Shown piece by piece: positions 34,701-47,389 of a DNA stretch of 64,000 bases; position 1 is the stretch's first letter, and the number at the start of each line of letters is the position of its first letter. Position numbers and translations under genes: made by a program. The notes beneath the pieces were generated by a model. That model did not search any database. It had not been told where the DNA came from and was given only the letters and a program-made list of their open reading frames with translations. This stretch comes from Mobula hypostoma (lineage: Eukaryota): positions 31,124,001 through 31,188,000 of the forward strand of contig NC_086101.1 of assembly GCF_963921235.1 (NCBI RefSeq), in the 5' to 3' direction.

Positions 34701-37451
34701 AGAACAAGAATTGGAAAACATTACCCACTCCAGCATCTAGTTTAATTATTGAGCCACGGCAGGTACAGCATAGGACAGACAGAGAGAGAAGTTCCCTCCA
34801 CTCTGTCACATCACACATTCCCAGAGTCAGACATGGCATGAAGCTCCCAACATGGTCTGATCTGCTGCTGGAGTTAGAGACAAAAGGAATTCCCTCCACC
34901 CTGTCGCAGCACACCCTTCTGGGTTCAGACACAGAGGGAAACTGACTCCAAACCGTCCCATCACACACTCCCATGATCAGAGTGAAGCTTCTTCTCCACC
35001 GTCCCATCGCACACTCCCATGATCAGAGTGAAGCTCCATCTCCACCGTCCCATCACACACTCCCATGATCAGAGTGAAGCTCCGTCTCCACCGTCCCATC
35101 ACACACTCCCATGATCAGAGTGAAGCTCTGTCTCCACCGTCCCATCACACACTCCCATGATCAGAGTGAAGCTCCATCTCCACCGTCCCATCACACACTC
35201 CCATGATCAGAGTGAAGCTTCTTCTCCACCGTCCCATCACACACTCCCATGATCAGAGTGAAGCTTCTTCTCCACCGTCCCATCACATACTCCCATGATC
35301 AGAGTGAAGCTTCTTCTCCACCGTCCCATCACACACTCCCATGATCAGAGTGAAGCTCCATCTCCACCGTCCCATCACACACCCCCATGATCAGAGTGAA
35401 GCTCCATCTCCACTGTCCCATCACACACTTCCACGATCAGAGTGAAGCTTCTTCTCCACCATCCCATCACACACTCCCATGATCAGAGTGAAGCTTCTTC
35501 TCCACCGTCCCATCACACACTTCAACGATCAGAGTGAAGCTTCTTCTCCACTGTCCCATCGCACACTCCCACGATCAGAGTGAAGTTCCATCTCCACCGT
35601 CCCATCACACACTCCCATGATCAGAGTGAAGCTTCTTCTCCACCGTCCCATCACACACTCCCATGATCAGAGTGAAGCTTCTTCTCAACTGTCCCATCAC
35701 ACACTCCCATGATCAGAGTGAAGCTCCATCTCCACCGTCCCATCACACACTCCCATGATCAGAGTGAAGCTTCTTCTCCACTGTCCCATCACACACTCCC
35801 ATGATCAGAGTGAAGCTCCATCTCCACCGTCCCATCACACACTCCCATGATCAGAGTGAAGCTTCTTCTCCACCGTCCCATCACACACTCCCATGATCAG
35901 AGTGAAGCTTCTTCTCCACTGTCCCATCACACACTCCCATGATCAGAGTGAAGCTCGTTCTCCACTGTCCCATTGCACACTCCAAAGGTCAGACACAGGG
36001 TGAAGCTTCCTCTGACCCAACAGGGACTTCTGGGGCAGAGGTTTGTAACAGCAGCTATAATTCCCATCCCAATGTTTAATATGAGATGACAAATACTAAT
36101 TCAGCTATGGCAGGACTGAGTCACTGACTGGTACAGTAGGGAATGAGAGCAAAATGTGATGTGCACAAAGTTGAAAATCTGTGACTGTTTTATTGATATT
36201 TGCAGAACTGCTTCCACACACTCAGTTCTACATTGGCGAAACTGGTAAGACGTCTCACATTAAGATAAGCAAGTACTTAAAGTTTTGGTTCTTTGATCAG
36301 CCAGAATTGACCCTGGTTTCCTCTTGTTTCATAGAATGGAAACACATCCAAAGTTTCTCAGGTGAGTGAAGTGGATGGGGCAGTGGTAATTTAATCCATC
36401 TCACGTTGGGACCTCAAGGAACAGAGGCAAGAATGCTGGTTAACAGTTGCGGGGGGAGAGAGAGAGAGATCCCTGTTCAATTCCATGGCTCCGCTTGACA
36501 TCTGGAGCTGAGACATGCGTCATGTGACAGAAACACCCCTTACTGGGACAGTCAGGCTAAGTGATGTTTTCTGGCCCAATGTCTTCTCACTTTGGCCCAT
36601 GAGAATACCTGCATCGAAAGAGGGCACATATATAGTAGCCAATGGCAGCACTAGATGCAAGGCATCTTTGCATCAGCCCTGGGAACTCTCTAGATGATGC
36701 TCAGCCCCACAGAGTGAGGGAGCAGTGGCTGGCCTGAATAAGGGATGGGTCTACTGGTTGAGGGCAAGGTCAGTGCTGATGGGCCGAGGGTGAGCTTGCT
36801 CTTAATTGGTTTTCGGGGAAAAGGAGTGACCAATGACTATTCCATGCCATAGAGAGTTACCCGTCACTGGTCGCCGTGTTATAATGATGTTACTTTGACA
36901 TTTCCTTCTCCTTTTCCCTTTCAGTTTCCCAGAGTCTGGACACGGACACAGCCAATCTACACTTTGGCCGCTCAAATCACCTCACCAGCATGGCGGTGGG
37001 CTCCCTGCCAGCACTGGCCTCTGGACCGCTTTACAGCCTGCAGCTCAGCCCCTGTGCCCTCTCCTCCCGTGCTATTTCCTCAGATCGGGCCTACTGGGAG
37101 GTGGAGGTGGGTAGGAGCCAGGAATGGCACCTGGGCCTGCTGGGACAGAGGGACAATGACAAAGCCTGGGGAGAGGGATCAACCTGGGTACGGACCCTGT
37201 CCCGGCTCAACAAGACGGTGTATGGGGTGACAGGCTCCCCAGGGCGGACCCTGGTGCTGGACAATGAGCCTACAGTGGTGGGCCTGTACCTGAACCACCT
37301 GCGAGAGTACCTCTCCTTCTTTGACGCTCGCAGGCAGCTGCACCTCTGCACGTTGACAGTTGACTCCACCAAAAGGCTCCACCCCATCTTCTGCACTCCT
37401 TCCCCCACGGCACAGGCCCATAGCAACACTGGTAGTGACAGAGGGGTCTGA
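28753..37451 (+). CDS. Butyrophilin/B7-like protein: hydrophobic leader exon, IgV, IgC, two mini-exons, B30.2; no TM exon found
   Basis: All-phase-1 exons: 28753-28869 (leader), 32142-32477 (IgV: VALVGESAVLNC...W...GNVSIRLEGVQASDAGMYQC), 34350-34634 (IgC: YTCRTEGWFPEPALIW...VTC), 36206-36244 (39 nt), 36335-36361 (27 nt, EWKHIQSFS), 36925-37451 (B30.2: LDTDTAN, YWEVEVG, VGLYLN, LSFFD). Confidence 0.82.
29090..30150 (+). mobile_element. Nested CR1 3' fragments (younger copy about 29390-29850 inside an older one)
   Basis: Two successive RFTRMLPGL-type segments, each with a CR1 tail. Confidence 0.7.
32142..32477 (+). CDS. IgV exon of butyrophilin-like gene
   Basis: B-strand Cys, C-strand Trp and DxGxYxC motif; phase 1-1 splice sites. 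Confidence 0.9.
34350..34634 (+). CDS. IgC exon of butyrophilin-like gene
   Basis: BTN/B7-type CxxxGWFPxPxxxW motif; ttcag| acceptor and |gtgagt donor. Confidence 0.9.
34945..36010. repeat. 46-bp minisatellite, about 22-23 copies, in the intron after the IgC exon
   Basis: Unit CTCCACCGTCCCATCACACACTCCCATGATCAGAGTGAAGCT(TCTT/CCAT); GATCAG recurs from 34975 to 35941, exactly 21 x 46 bp; degenerate flanking copies from about 34790. Confidence 0.97.
36925..37451 (+). CDS. B30.2 terminal exon of butyrophilin-like gene (divergent)
   Basis: Long polypyrimidine acceptor; LDTDTAN, RAYWEVEVG, VVGLYLN and LHPIFC motifs. Confidence 0.88.
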
Positions 37452-38854
37452 CTGCAGCTCAGTACTGCTGCCCCCTCAAAGTAGGGTTGGTGGAGGGAGG
37501 GAGGGGGGAAAGAGGGTCCTCACTCTCACTCCAGTGACCAATCCAGTATGAGACATGGCAACAGGAGGCAGACACTCTCCGGGGTGACTGTATCACTGCC
37601 TCCCTTCACATCACACCAGTGGAGAGGGTGGGAGGGACCCTGTTTTCTCCTGTGAGAACCTGGACCCAGTCTGACAAGGACAAGGACATCCAGGAGTTGA
37701 TAAGCAACTCTCCTCCCTGAACCAGAAACTGCTGCTGGATTGAGAGCCCCACCAACCCCAGGGAAGGGAAGCAGCTCACAGGGCATCTGAGGACTGGGAA
37801 GCTGATCACTGAATGGCCAGTGGATGGAGAGAGTGTAGGAAAACCCAGTGAGTGGTTTATAACCACAGTGCGCACAGGCTCTCCATCACCAGCCCAAGCA
37901 CAAAGTCCCTCCAAGTGGAAAACCAAGAAAGAACCAGAGTTGTCAGTGTCAGCTGGGAACACCTTGAAAACCCTCCCCAGCCATCACTGCTTGGACAACC
38001 TCAGGGTAACCTGCCCAGCCAGTCCTGACCTGTTGGTCAGAAGAGGTGACAAGTCACAGGTCACATCAACTAAACCAAGAAGCCTTTGGCACACTGAATA
38101 CAACTGAACTCCAACAATCCAGTATCCAATTGTTCAGAAACCTTGTTGGTTGAGCAGCTGGCTTAGTCATTCAGAGAGTGAGCTGGGGTCCAGACTGCAA
38201 ATTGGGTTGTCCAGGAAGATGGCCAGAGTCGGGACTGAGATTGACGTGGGTGGCCTTACAGCTGGAGACAGGGTTTGGATTATTTGTATATTTTCCGCTT
38301 CCTTCGAACATACCAGGTTCACTGGAAGTTTGCTGCCCCAATGTGTAACAGGCAGAAAATTGTGTTGGAGTTTTTCCAAATCATCTACTAATCCAGGAAA
38401 ATATGCCGAATTATCAGATCAGAGCCAGGTTTAATATCACTGGCATATGTCATGGAATTTTATTAACTTTATGGCAGCAGTACAATGACATACATGATGA
38501 ATAAATATAGAGCACAACAAAAACTGAGTTACATTAACTATATATGTCTATTAAATAGTTGAGTTAAGATAAGTAGTGCAAAAAAAGTCATGAGGTAGTT
38601 TTCATGGGTTCAATGTTCATTCACAAATTGGATGGCAGAGGGGAAGAAGTTGTTCCTGAATCACCGCGTATGCGCCTTCAGGCTTCTGTATCTCCTTCCT
38701 GACGGTAACATTTCCCTCCATCTGCCCATGTGTGTGCCTGTCCATTTGTTGATGCAGATTTCCAGCATCATTCAGGACGTGACTGAGAACGCTGCACCTC
38801 TCTCTAGAGCACACTGACTCACTGCGTAAGGAATACACTCTTCCCCCGCCCATC

Positions 38855-39458
38855 TGATGGAGTGAAGGGATAGGTAAATGATGGTATAGACTGAGAACAA
38901 TGATTAACTAATGATCAATCACCTTGCGGGCACCTTAGCTTACTGTTTTGGACAGTCAAAAAGAAACTTTACCCAGCACCCGGTGACGTACTAGTCATTT
39001 TTCTCTAAAGATAGGCAAAGGCTCAAATAAGGAACTATCTGATCTTGCAGAAGCATCTCAAGGTAGCTAAATATGGGAAGTATAGTGTAAGGGCTAGAAT
39101 GTCCTGGAGAAAAGGGGAAGGGTCCGAACGAGGAACTGATGGGCTAGCTTTGGCTTAAAATAATTATAACTAACTAACCAATGATTATTTTACATCTAAT
39201 TGTACCTTAGCATGTGATTGAAATGATTCTAAAATTATCTAAACTTGTAATCGTTAGATATCCCGCTACCTGATCAATGTTATAAATTGTGGAGAACTGT
39301 AATTCGGGGGCAGTGTCTGGACTGGCTGTTTTGGGAGATCAGTCTGTAACTTCCCCCATAGCGTGCTATGAGTAAAGAATAAAGGTTTGAAAAAAGAATT
39401 ACGCGTGTTAGTGTATTTGTGTTACTATTGTTTTTGCATCGGTTGGTCCAGTATGACA
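38855..39458 (+). mobile_element. Solo LTR (604 bp)
   Basis: TG...CA termini; 5-bp TSD CCATC at 38850-38854 and 39459-39463; TATA-like TTATAAA near 39280 and AATAAA near 39378 in U3-R-U5 order. Confidence 0.7.
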
Positions 39459-39619
39459 CCATCCAGCACTCCCTGCTTTATGTGCGGCTCCCTGCCAGCA
39501 CAGAACCCAGAAAAACTATAAATGTGGACTCTGATACTCTTAGTTACCAGTTTCTCAAATAGCCAAATAACTGATCCACTAGGCTAGCATTTCTTTTATA
39601 ATAGAATAATAGTTTATGC

Positions 39620-40145
39620 AACACAAAGTTCTGGAGGTGCTCAGCAGGTCAGGGAGCATCTATGAAAATGAATAAACAGTCAACATTTTGGGTCAAGACT
39701 CTTCTTCAGGACTGGAAAGGAAGGGGAAGGAAAGACACTAGAATAAAAAGTGGGAGGAGAGGGAAGGAGAATAGCTGGAAGATGAGAGGTGAAGCCAAGT
39801 TGGTGGGAAAGGCAAAGAGCTGGTGAGTCAGGAATCTGTTGGGAGAGGAGGGTAGATCAGGGGAGAAAGGAAAGGGTGGGGCACCAGGATGAGGTGATAG
39901 GCAGATGAGCAGAGGGAAGGAGGATGCCATGGACTGACATGGCATATGGGAATGGAGGTGGGAACGAAAATGTTTGGCCACTGGGAAATTCTGCTTTTAT
40001 CGGATGGAGAAGAAGTGCTCGACAAAGCAGTCCCCAAATTTCTGTCATATCTCACTGATGTAGAGGAGACCATATCAACAGCAGTATATACAATAGATGA
40101 CCTCAACAGATTTGCATGAGTGTGGCCTCACATGGAAGGACTGTT
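39620..40145 (-). mobile_element. Decayed Penelope-like 3' fragment
   Basis: Degenerate similarity to 27850-28680. Confidence 0.7.
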
Positions 40146-41724
40146 GAATCATGATAGCTTACGATTCTTATTAACTGTTCACCAAGCAGTATTGTGCTCC
40201 CCATTACCAGTTTGCTCAACCCCTGCTTACAACTCCCTCTACAATATGTGAGCAGGTCCTCCCTACTCCTCCAGCCTTTTGTTGACTGAATGCCCTCCAT
40301 ATCCCATCCCCCAATGGTTTTATGGGAAAACTTGGCTGGTTCCAGAGAGTTAGACAGATTTCAGTATCAGGGCACTGAAGCTCTGAGGACGAAGTTCAAT
40401 GTCTGTTCAGCTCAGACTGTTCCTCGAGTGGTTTGTATCCAACGATTCAATAAAAATAAACTGAATGTGTCCTGAAAAGCAGAGCCAAGGGTAGTTTTCT
40501 ATTTATTTTCACTTACATCTTCAAGAGCAAAGTGTGCTAGGATCTGTGACACCATATTCTTCCTCTGTAAGGCAAATACTCATCACCCCACACCTGTTTA
40601 CATTATGAATACATGCTGGTATTTACAAATGTTTGTATTTATTTATGCACATTTTATTCAATATTCATCCTTCAATATTTTTTTTATAAAATTCTTTATA
40701 ATTGTGAAATATTGTTGGTTTTTGTTGCATGTCACACCATGACCAACACAACAAATTCCTAATACATGTAAATGTGTATGGTGGATAAAGATGATCCTTG
40801 ACCCTGGTTGAGTTTGGCAGTATCAGACACATCCAAGAGAATGGCCAGCTGCTCAGATGGACAGCGGGGTCCACTGCATCGACACCAAGACTACCTTCTG
40901 TAGGCAGCTCAAGGCACTACAGATGCCACTAATGCCATTTCTACAAAATCTTTCCAACTTCCTGGAAGAATAAGCAAATGGACATCAGCTCCTTCCCCAG
41001 CACAAACTCTCCCTTCCATCCTCACCCAACTCAACCAATAAAAATCTCCACCTCCAAACCATTAACACCTGGTAAGTGGGCCATCACCAGCATTGGCATC
41101 ATCCACCAGGTACTTCAAACTGGATACAGTTTAGAATGGGACAACCCTTTAGAATCAAGGTGTACAGAGTATGAGATCTTGAGTCTGGAGATGCCCAGTG
41201 CTTTCTATGTTCCAGGGTGACAGGAGTGTTTAGAAATGAACCGGGGTGCGGGGGTGGGGGAGTGGCATTGAGCTCTGATGTCCTTGAAAGGATTGAATCT
41301 CTGTTTGCCCCCTGGCCCGTCCACCATCTCCACTCACCTGGATTTTACCTACAAGTAACCCAAACCTTGACATCAGTCAGGACTTTAGGCCGTTGTTGAG
41401 CACTGTCAGTCTGCCAGATAATTCTGATCAGCAGTGAGCAACGTGAAGGGCAGTGAAGCAGGCAAACCACCCAAACCATCCACTCCCAGCTCCAGCAATC
41501 CAGGTTCAATGGCCATCTCAGATACCATGTGAGTGCAGAGTATGTCCCTTCTCTCTGTGCCCATATGGGTTTCCTGAGTGCTCCATCTTCCTCCAACATC
41601 CTGAAACCTGCAGATAAGTAAATTACGCAAACATGAGGAAATCTGCAGATGCTGGAAATTCAAGCAACACACACAAAATGCCAGCAGAATGCGGCAGGCT
41701 AGACGGCATCCATAGGAAGAAGCA

Positions 41725-41762
41725 CAGTCGACGTTTCAGTCCGAGACCCTTCGTCAGGACTA
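41725..41762 (-). ncRNA. Minimal type I hammerhead ribozyme motif in a Penelope-type terminal repeat
   Basis: Minus strand reads tagtc-CTGACGA-agggtctcggact-GAAA-C-GTC-gactg: core boxes, stem I tagtc/gactg and GTC cleavage triplet. Confidence 0.55.
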
Positions 41763-41807
41763 ACTGAAATAAGAGATAGTAAGAGATTTGAAAGTGGAAG
41801 GGGGCAG

Positions 41808-44800
41808 ATTCCTAAAGAATTCTTTGCAAATCTTTTGATGGAATTATTCCCTGATATTATAAAGTCTCTGCCTTTGATTGATCATGCTCAAAGATCGACT
41901 TCAAAATCAAAACCAAGATCAGTCATTATATGTTTCCATGAATTTCAAATAAAGGACCGTCTGATTCATGATGCCCATGGAAAAGGTATGATTGACTACC
42001 AAGATCAGAAGATTTGTATTGTTGAAGGTTTTTCATCAGAAGTTATGGCAGAATGTGTTAAGTTTAAAAAAGTTATGGCAGAGCTATACAGCCAAAATTT
42101 TAAGCCTTCTCTTCATGTTCCAGCTCAACTGAGAATCACAATGGAAGATGGATCATTTAAATGGTTTTGTACAAAGGCGGAAGAATTTTTAGACTCAAGA
42201 AAATGACTGTATACATATATTGAATAGATTAAAAATCTTGCAAAAACAGAAATACTATATATTAAAAAAATGACTGTTTAATATTTTTCAGTATGAATAA
42301 TTGCTCTTTCTGTTTGATAAACCTGTCTACACTTGTTTTTTTTTAATTTACTGTATATTATTTAGTCTTGGTTGAAACAGCAAATAACCTTGAATTCTTT
42401 GGAGCGGTTCCAACAGGCTTTCTAAGGGGATGTTTTCAGTGGGGGTAGATAGCGGTTGTTCTTTGACCGATTTTCTTTGGGAGGAGGGAGAGGGATGGGG
42501 AGTTCTTTTTTCTTGAAGCTGATTTGGGAACCTAGTCAATTCTGTTGCTTAGCCAATATATCTCAAGGTTTATTTTTTGGGTTTAACATACATTTCTCTG
42601 ATTGCTACTTTAACCTTTCTTATAAATAGTTTTAAAATGGATCAGTTTTAATCCAATTAGTTTTAACATGAAAGGGCTAAATCACCCCGTGAAAAGAAAT
42701 AAAGTTTTTGCCTATATTAAAAAAAATTAGGGTACCAATTGTTTTTCTTTAAGAAACCCATGTATGTAAGCGTGACAATTCATGCCTTTTTAATTGATGG
42801 AGAAGGTCTCATTTCCATTCCTCATTTCAAGCCAAAGAGGTTTCAATCCTTATAGATAATAAAGTTCCCTTTATTCAACATAAAGTAATTTCTGATATTA
42901 ATGGGCATTTTGTTATAGTATCAGGGAAACTGAATAACAAATTAATGGTATTTGCCAATGTGGATGCTCCAAATAAAGATGACCCAGGTTTCTTTGAGCA
43001 TTTTTTTCATTTTTAGCACATCTAAGTCTGTTCTCATTGGTGATGGGTGGAGACTTTAATTGTTGCATAGATCCAGCTTTAGATCATTCATCTTCTAAAC
43101 TAATGATACCAAATAAATCAGCTGTGTTTATTAAATCTTTTTTTTCATGAAATGTGGTATTGTTGAAGCTTGATGTTTTTTTTTCCATTTAGTGGACAAG
43201 GAATATTTGTTTTTCTCTCATGTCCATCATACATATTCCAGGATTGATTTTTTTTTAAATTTTTGCTAGCCGAATGATTCCATCAGTTTGATCCTGTGAA
43301 TATAAAGAGATTGCTATCTCAGATCACACTCCTGTGCTCCTACCTTTAAATCTCCCTGGTCTTTTTCAAACAAATAGGTTTTGGTGATTTAATTTAACTT
43401 TGTTATCTGAAAAAGATTTTTTGAAGTCAATTTTATATTCAGCGAGATAAAGCAGGTAAATTATTGGCTGATCAAATTAAAACGTTTATAGCTAAACAGG
43501 AGATTAAAGAAATATGCAAAGCTAATAGTGATAGGACAACAGATTATTTAGAAATAAATGATACTTTTAGAGACCTTATTCTAAACTCTATAGTTCTGAA
43601 TCTTTAAGGTTAACACTGTAATGAACAACTTTTTAGACCAACTAAACATCCCTACAATTTCTGCCGACAACAGAAAGTTGTTAGAACAACCTATTTCCTT
43701 TGAGGAAATTGTTGAGTCTGTGAGCTCATTACATTTGAGGAAAGCTCCGAGTCCAGATGGATTTTCTGGAGAGTTTTACAAGATCTTTTCCTCACTGCTT
43801 ATACCTCATTTATGTTCAGTTTTTTAGATTCATTCAAGTCAGGCAGACTCCCTCAATCTTTTTATGAGGCTTCCATTTTGCTTATCCTTAAAAAGAATAA
43901 GGATCCAACTGAATGCTCTTCTTATAAACCAATTTCTTTACTTAACGTTGCTACTAAGATCCTATCTAAAGTTTTGGCCCATAGGATTGAAAATATTTTA
44001 CCATCTGTCATTTCCGATAACCAAACTGGATTTATCAAAAATCAATATTCTCACTTCAATATTCGTTTGTTATTAGAAGGCTTTCGATAGAGTTGAATGG
44101 AATTATTTATTTAAAACTTTAGAAAAATTCAATTTTGGACCCGTTTTCATTCAATGGATTAAATTACTTTATTTAGCTCCTTCCACCAGGGTTATCACTA
44201 ATTCTCATAATTCTAAACCATTTAACCTTCAACATGGCTCTAGACAAGGCTGTCTGTTGAGCCCTTTGCTTTTTGATCTGGCCTTAGAACCTTTAGCCAT
44301 TGCCTTTGGAGAATCTAATGATATCACCGGTATTTTAAGGAGAGACACTATTCACAAAGTCTCACTGTACACTGACGATCTGCTGCTGTTTATTTCTAAT
44401 GCTGAGACTTGGTTACCCCATGCACTTTCTTTACTCTGTTTTAGCCAGTTCTCAGGTTATAAATTAAACTTATATAAAAGTGAACTTTTCCCTTTGAATA
44501 ATTTGATACGAACAAATTCTAAGCTTCCTTTTAAAATTGTAAGAAACCAATTTACCTACTTAGGTGTAACAATTACTAAAAACTACAAGTGTCTATTTAA
44601 AGAAAATTTTCGTACCATATTGAATCACGTAAAAAGGAGACTATCAAATTAGTTGCCTCTTTTGTTATCACTGATTGGCCAAATTAACTATTAAAATGAA
44701 TATATTACCTAAACTTATATCTTTCTCAGGCATTGCCTGTTTTTATTCCCAAATCTCTCTTTGATTCTCTTGACTCTATTATGTCATCTTTATATGGAAG

Positions 44801-46300
44801 AATTAGCATTCTAGATTAAATAAAATTCATCTTCAGAAAGATAAAAAGAATGGAGGATTAGCCCTACCAAACTTTAGATTTTATTATTGGGCAGTTAATA
44901 TAAAAATCTTACATTTTGGTTATATTACATTAATCTTGAGGATTGCTCAATGTGGGTTTTTTTTAAGAAGCTAACTCTGTTAATAAATTTTCTATTATTT
45001 CTCCTCTTGGATCCTCACTTCCTTTGTCTCTGAGCAAGTTAACTGATAATCTGGTAGTTAAACACACTATGAGAATTTGGATACAATTCCCAAAACACTT
45101 TGGCTTATTGAGATTTTCTCTTTCAAGTCCCATTCTTTCTAAATTTTTTTTTTAAACCCTCTTTGATTGATGTGGCTTTTAAAGAATGGGATAGATTAGG
45201 TATTAAATACTTTCAGGACTTGTTAGTAGAGGGAAGTCTCTTTTTGTTTGAACAACTGTCAACTAAATATAGTTTACCTAAAACTCATTTTTTTCAATAC
45301 CTACAAATAAGTGATTTTTTACAGTCTCAAATAAGTACATTTCCTAAAAGTCCTGATAAGAATCTACTAGATGTAATTTTTTAATTTGAAAACTTTTTAT
45401 AATGGATCTATATCTAATATTTATAATATGCTGTTGAGAATGAGAAGTGTTCCTTTAGATAAAATTAAAAATCTTTGGGAACAAGGTTTACAGACTTCGA
45501 TTTCTGAGGAAACTTGAAATCAATTTTTTTTAAACTAGTTAACACTTCATTGTTATGTGCCCACCACTCTCCCCTACAGTTTAAAGTGGTCCACAGGGCC
45601 CATATGACCAAGGATAAGTTATCTTGTCTTTACTTAGATGCATCTCCGTATTGTGATAAATGCAATAATGGAAAAGCTTCACTTATTCATATGTTTTGGA
45701 CATGCAAGTCTTGGAAAATATTGGAAAGTATTGGAAAGTAGTATTTCAAAATTTCTTGATACTTTTCAAAGTAAACTTTAAGCCTTGACCGCTTTATTTG
45801 GTATTGTTGGAGGGAAGGATATTATTTTGGAGTTATCTGACTTGCACATTTTGGCTTTTATGTCTCTTATGGCCAGAAGGACACTCTTGCTTAAATGGAA
45901 AGATGCAGCTCCTCCTATTCACGCTCAATGGTTACGTGATGTGATGTCATGTTTAAATTTAGAGAAGATTCGAGGTTCAATCTCTGAATCTAGCCAAGAC
46001 TTTCAAACATTGTGGGGGCCTTTTTTGAATTATTTTCAAAACCTTTGATTTGCTGATAAAGCACAAATGACTACAATAACTTTTTTCCCTTTGCTAATCA
46101 GCTTCAGTCTTGGTAGTGAGTTGGATTTTTTAATATAATAAAATTGCTATATTTCAATGTTATGAATTAATCAATCTGTATGAATATAGGGCAAAGAGTC
46201 TTTATATGCAATTTAGTATAATGTATTGATATATTTTTTTCCTCCTGCTCTGTATTCTTGTATGTAAAATTAATAATAAAAATATTGGAAAGATAAAAAT
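41808..46300 (+). mobile_element. Decayed L1-clade LINE (ORF1 C-terminus, APE-RT ORF2, A-rich end)
   Basis: PRSVIICFHEFQIKD (L1 ORF1-like); KAPSPDGFSGEFYK, YKPISLLN, NQTGFI, SPLLF, LYTDDLL; C-terminal CxxC...HMFWTC; many stops. Confidence 0.88.
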
Positions 46301-47389
46301 AACAAAGTATGGAATGGGACTGATGGAGTAACTCAGGACCAGGCAGGACCCAGTGGGCCCCAACAACCTCCTACATCACAGATGATCAGAAATGTGCAAG
46401 GGTGTTAATGGGCTGCAGTGACCCCCGAAAGTTGCCTCCCCCACCAACATGCAGAACCTGAGACTTTTACCTTATGTCATACACCACCCTGTGACACACA
46501 CAGCCAGTCAAACTACACCCCCCCCCCCCAGGAAAGGTCAGTCTATAGCCAGAGCCCAGACTGCCATGTCAGCAGTTCAAGAACAACCTCCTTCAGTCTT
46601 ACTGCCTCAGCCTGGTTGGGCACATTCTCAACAAATAGTGCAGTTTTGCCCAGTGTGGGGGAGTCAGAGTCACAGCACAGAAACAGGCCCTTGGGCCCAC
46701 AGTATGGATGTCAACCATCAGCTACCCATCTAGGCTCATCCCATTGAGTAGTCTTCACTGTCTCGGTGGTTCACGTGCTCACCTAGATATTTCTTAAATG
46801 CTGAGTGTATCTCCATCACCTCCTCTGGCAATGCACTCCAGATCTCTACCATCTGGGGTTGGGGAGATGAAGTTCATCCTCAGATTCCTTCACCTTAAGT
46901 CTAGGCTGCCTGGTTCTGGAGCCCTTCAGGTTTCTATCTGTGTTGCTCATCTACACCAAAGCCGGCCTCTCCCCTGAACAAAGCTGCATCCCAGGTCACC
47001 CTCCACAGTACAATCACATCATTACATTTCGTGGGGACAGTACTCCAGCAGAGGCTTAAGCTGTCTTTAATAGAATTGTCCAATAATCTCCCCCCACTTA
47101 TACTCTGTCCTGGATAATCCCAGGTGCCTTCTTCACCACCTACACTACACGAGCTGCCACGTTCCAGGATCCTAGGACTTGCATGGCAAGGTCCCTCTGT
47201 TCCTTGCTATTCCCTCGATTGTGGGAGCTGATGAATAAAAGTGAGGGCAGGGGATGCTGCGTCAAGTTCAATAGCCCTGCTGGTCCTCCACCAGGGAAAC
47301 AGGCCCTTCAGCCCATTGAGTCTATGCCAGCCATGAAACAGCCACTTTCACTGATCCCATCTTATTCTCTCCGCACTCCCATCCTCTAC

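Noticed and set aside
34635-34945. Read-through of the IgC exon providing a TM segment
   Set aside because: The translation is not hydrophobic enough and runs into repeat-derived sequence; a strong GTGAGT donor is present.
34945-36010. CRISPR-like array
   Set aside because: The repeats are contiguous with no unique spacers, there are no cas genes, and the context is a vertebrate intron. It is a minisatellite.
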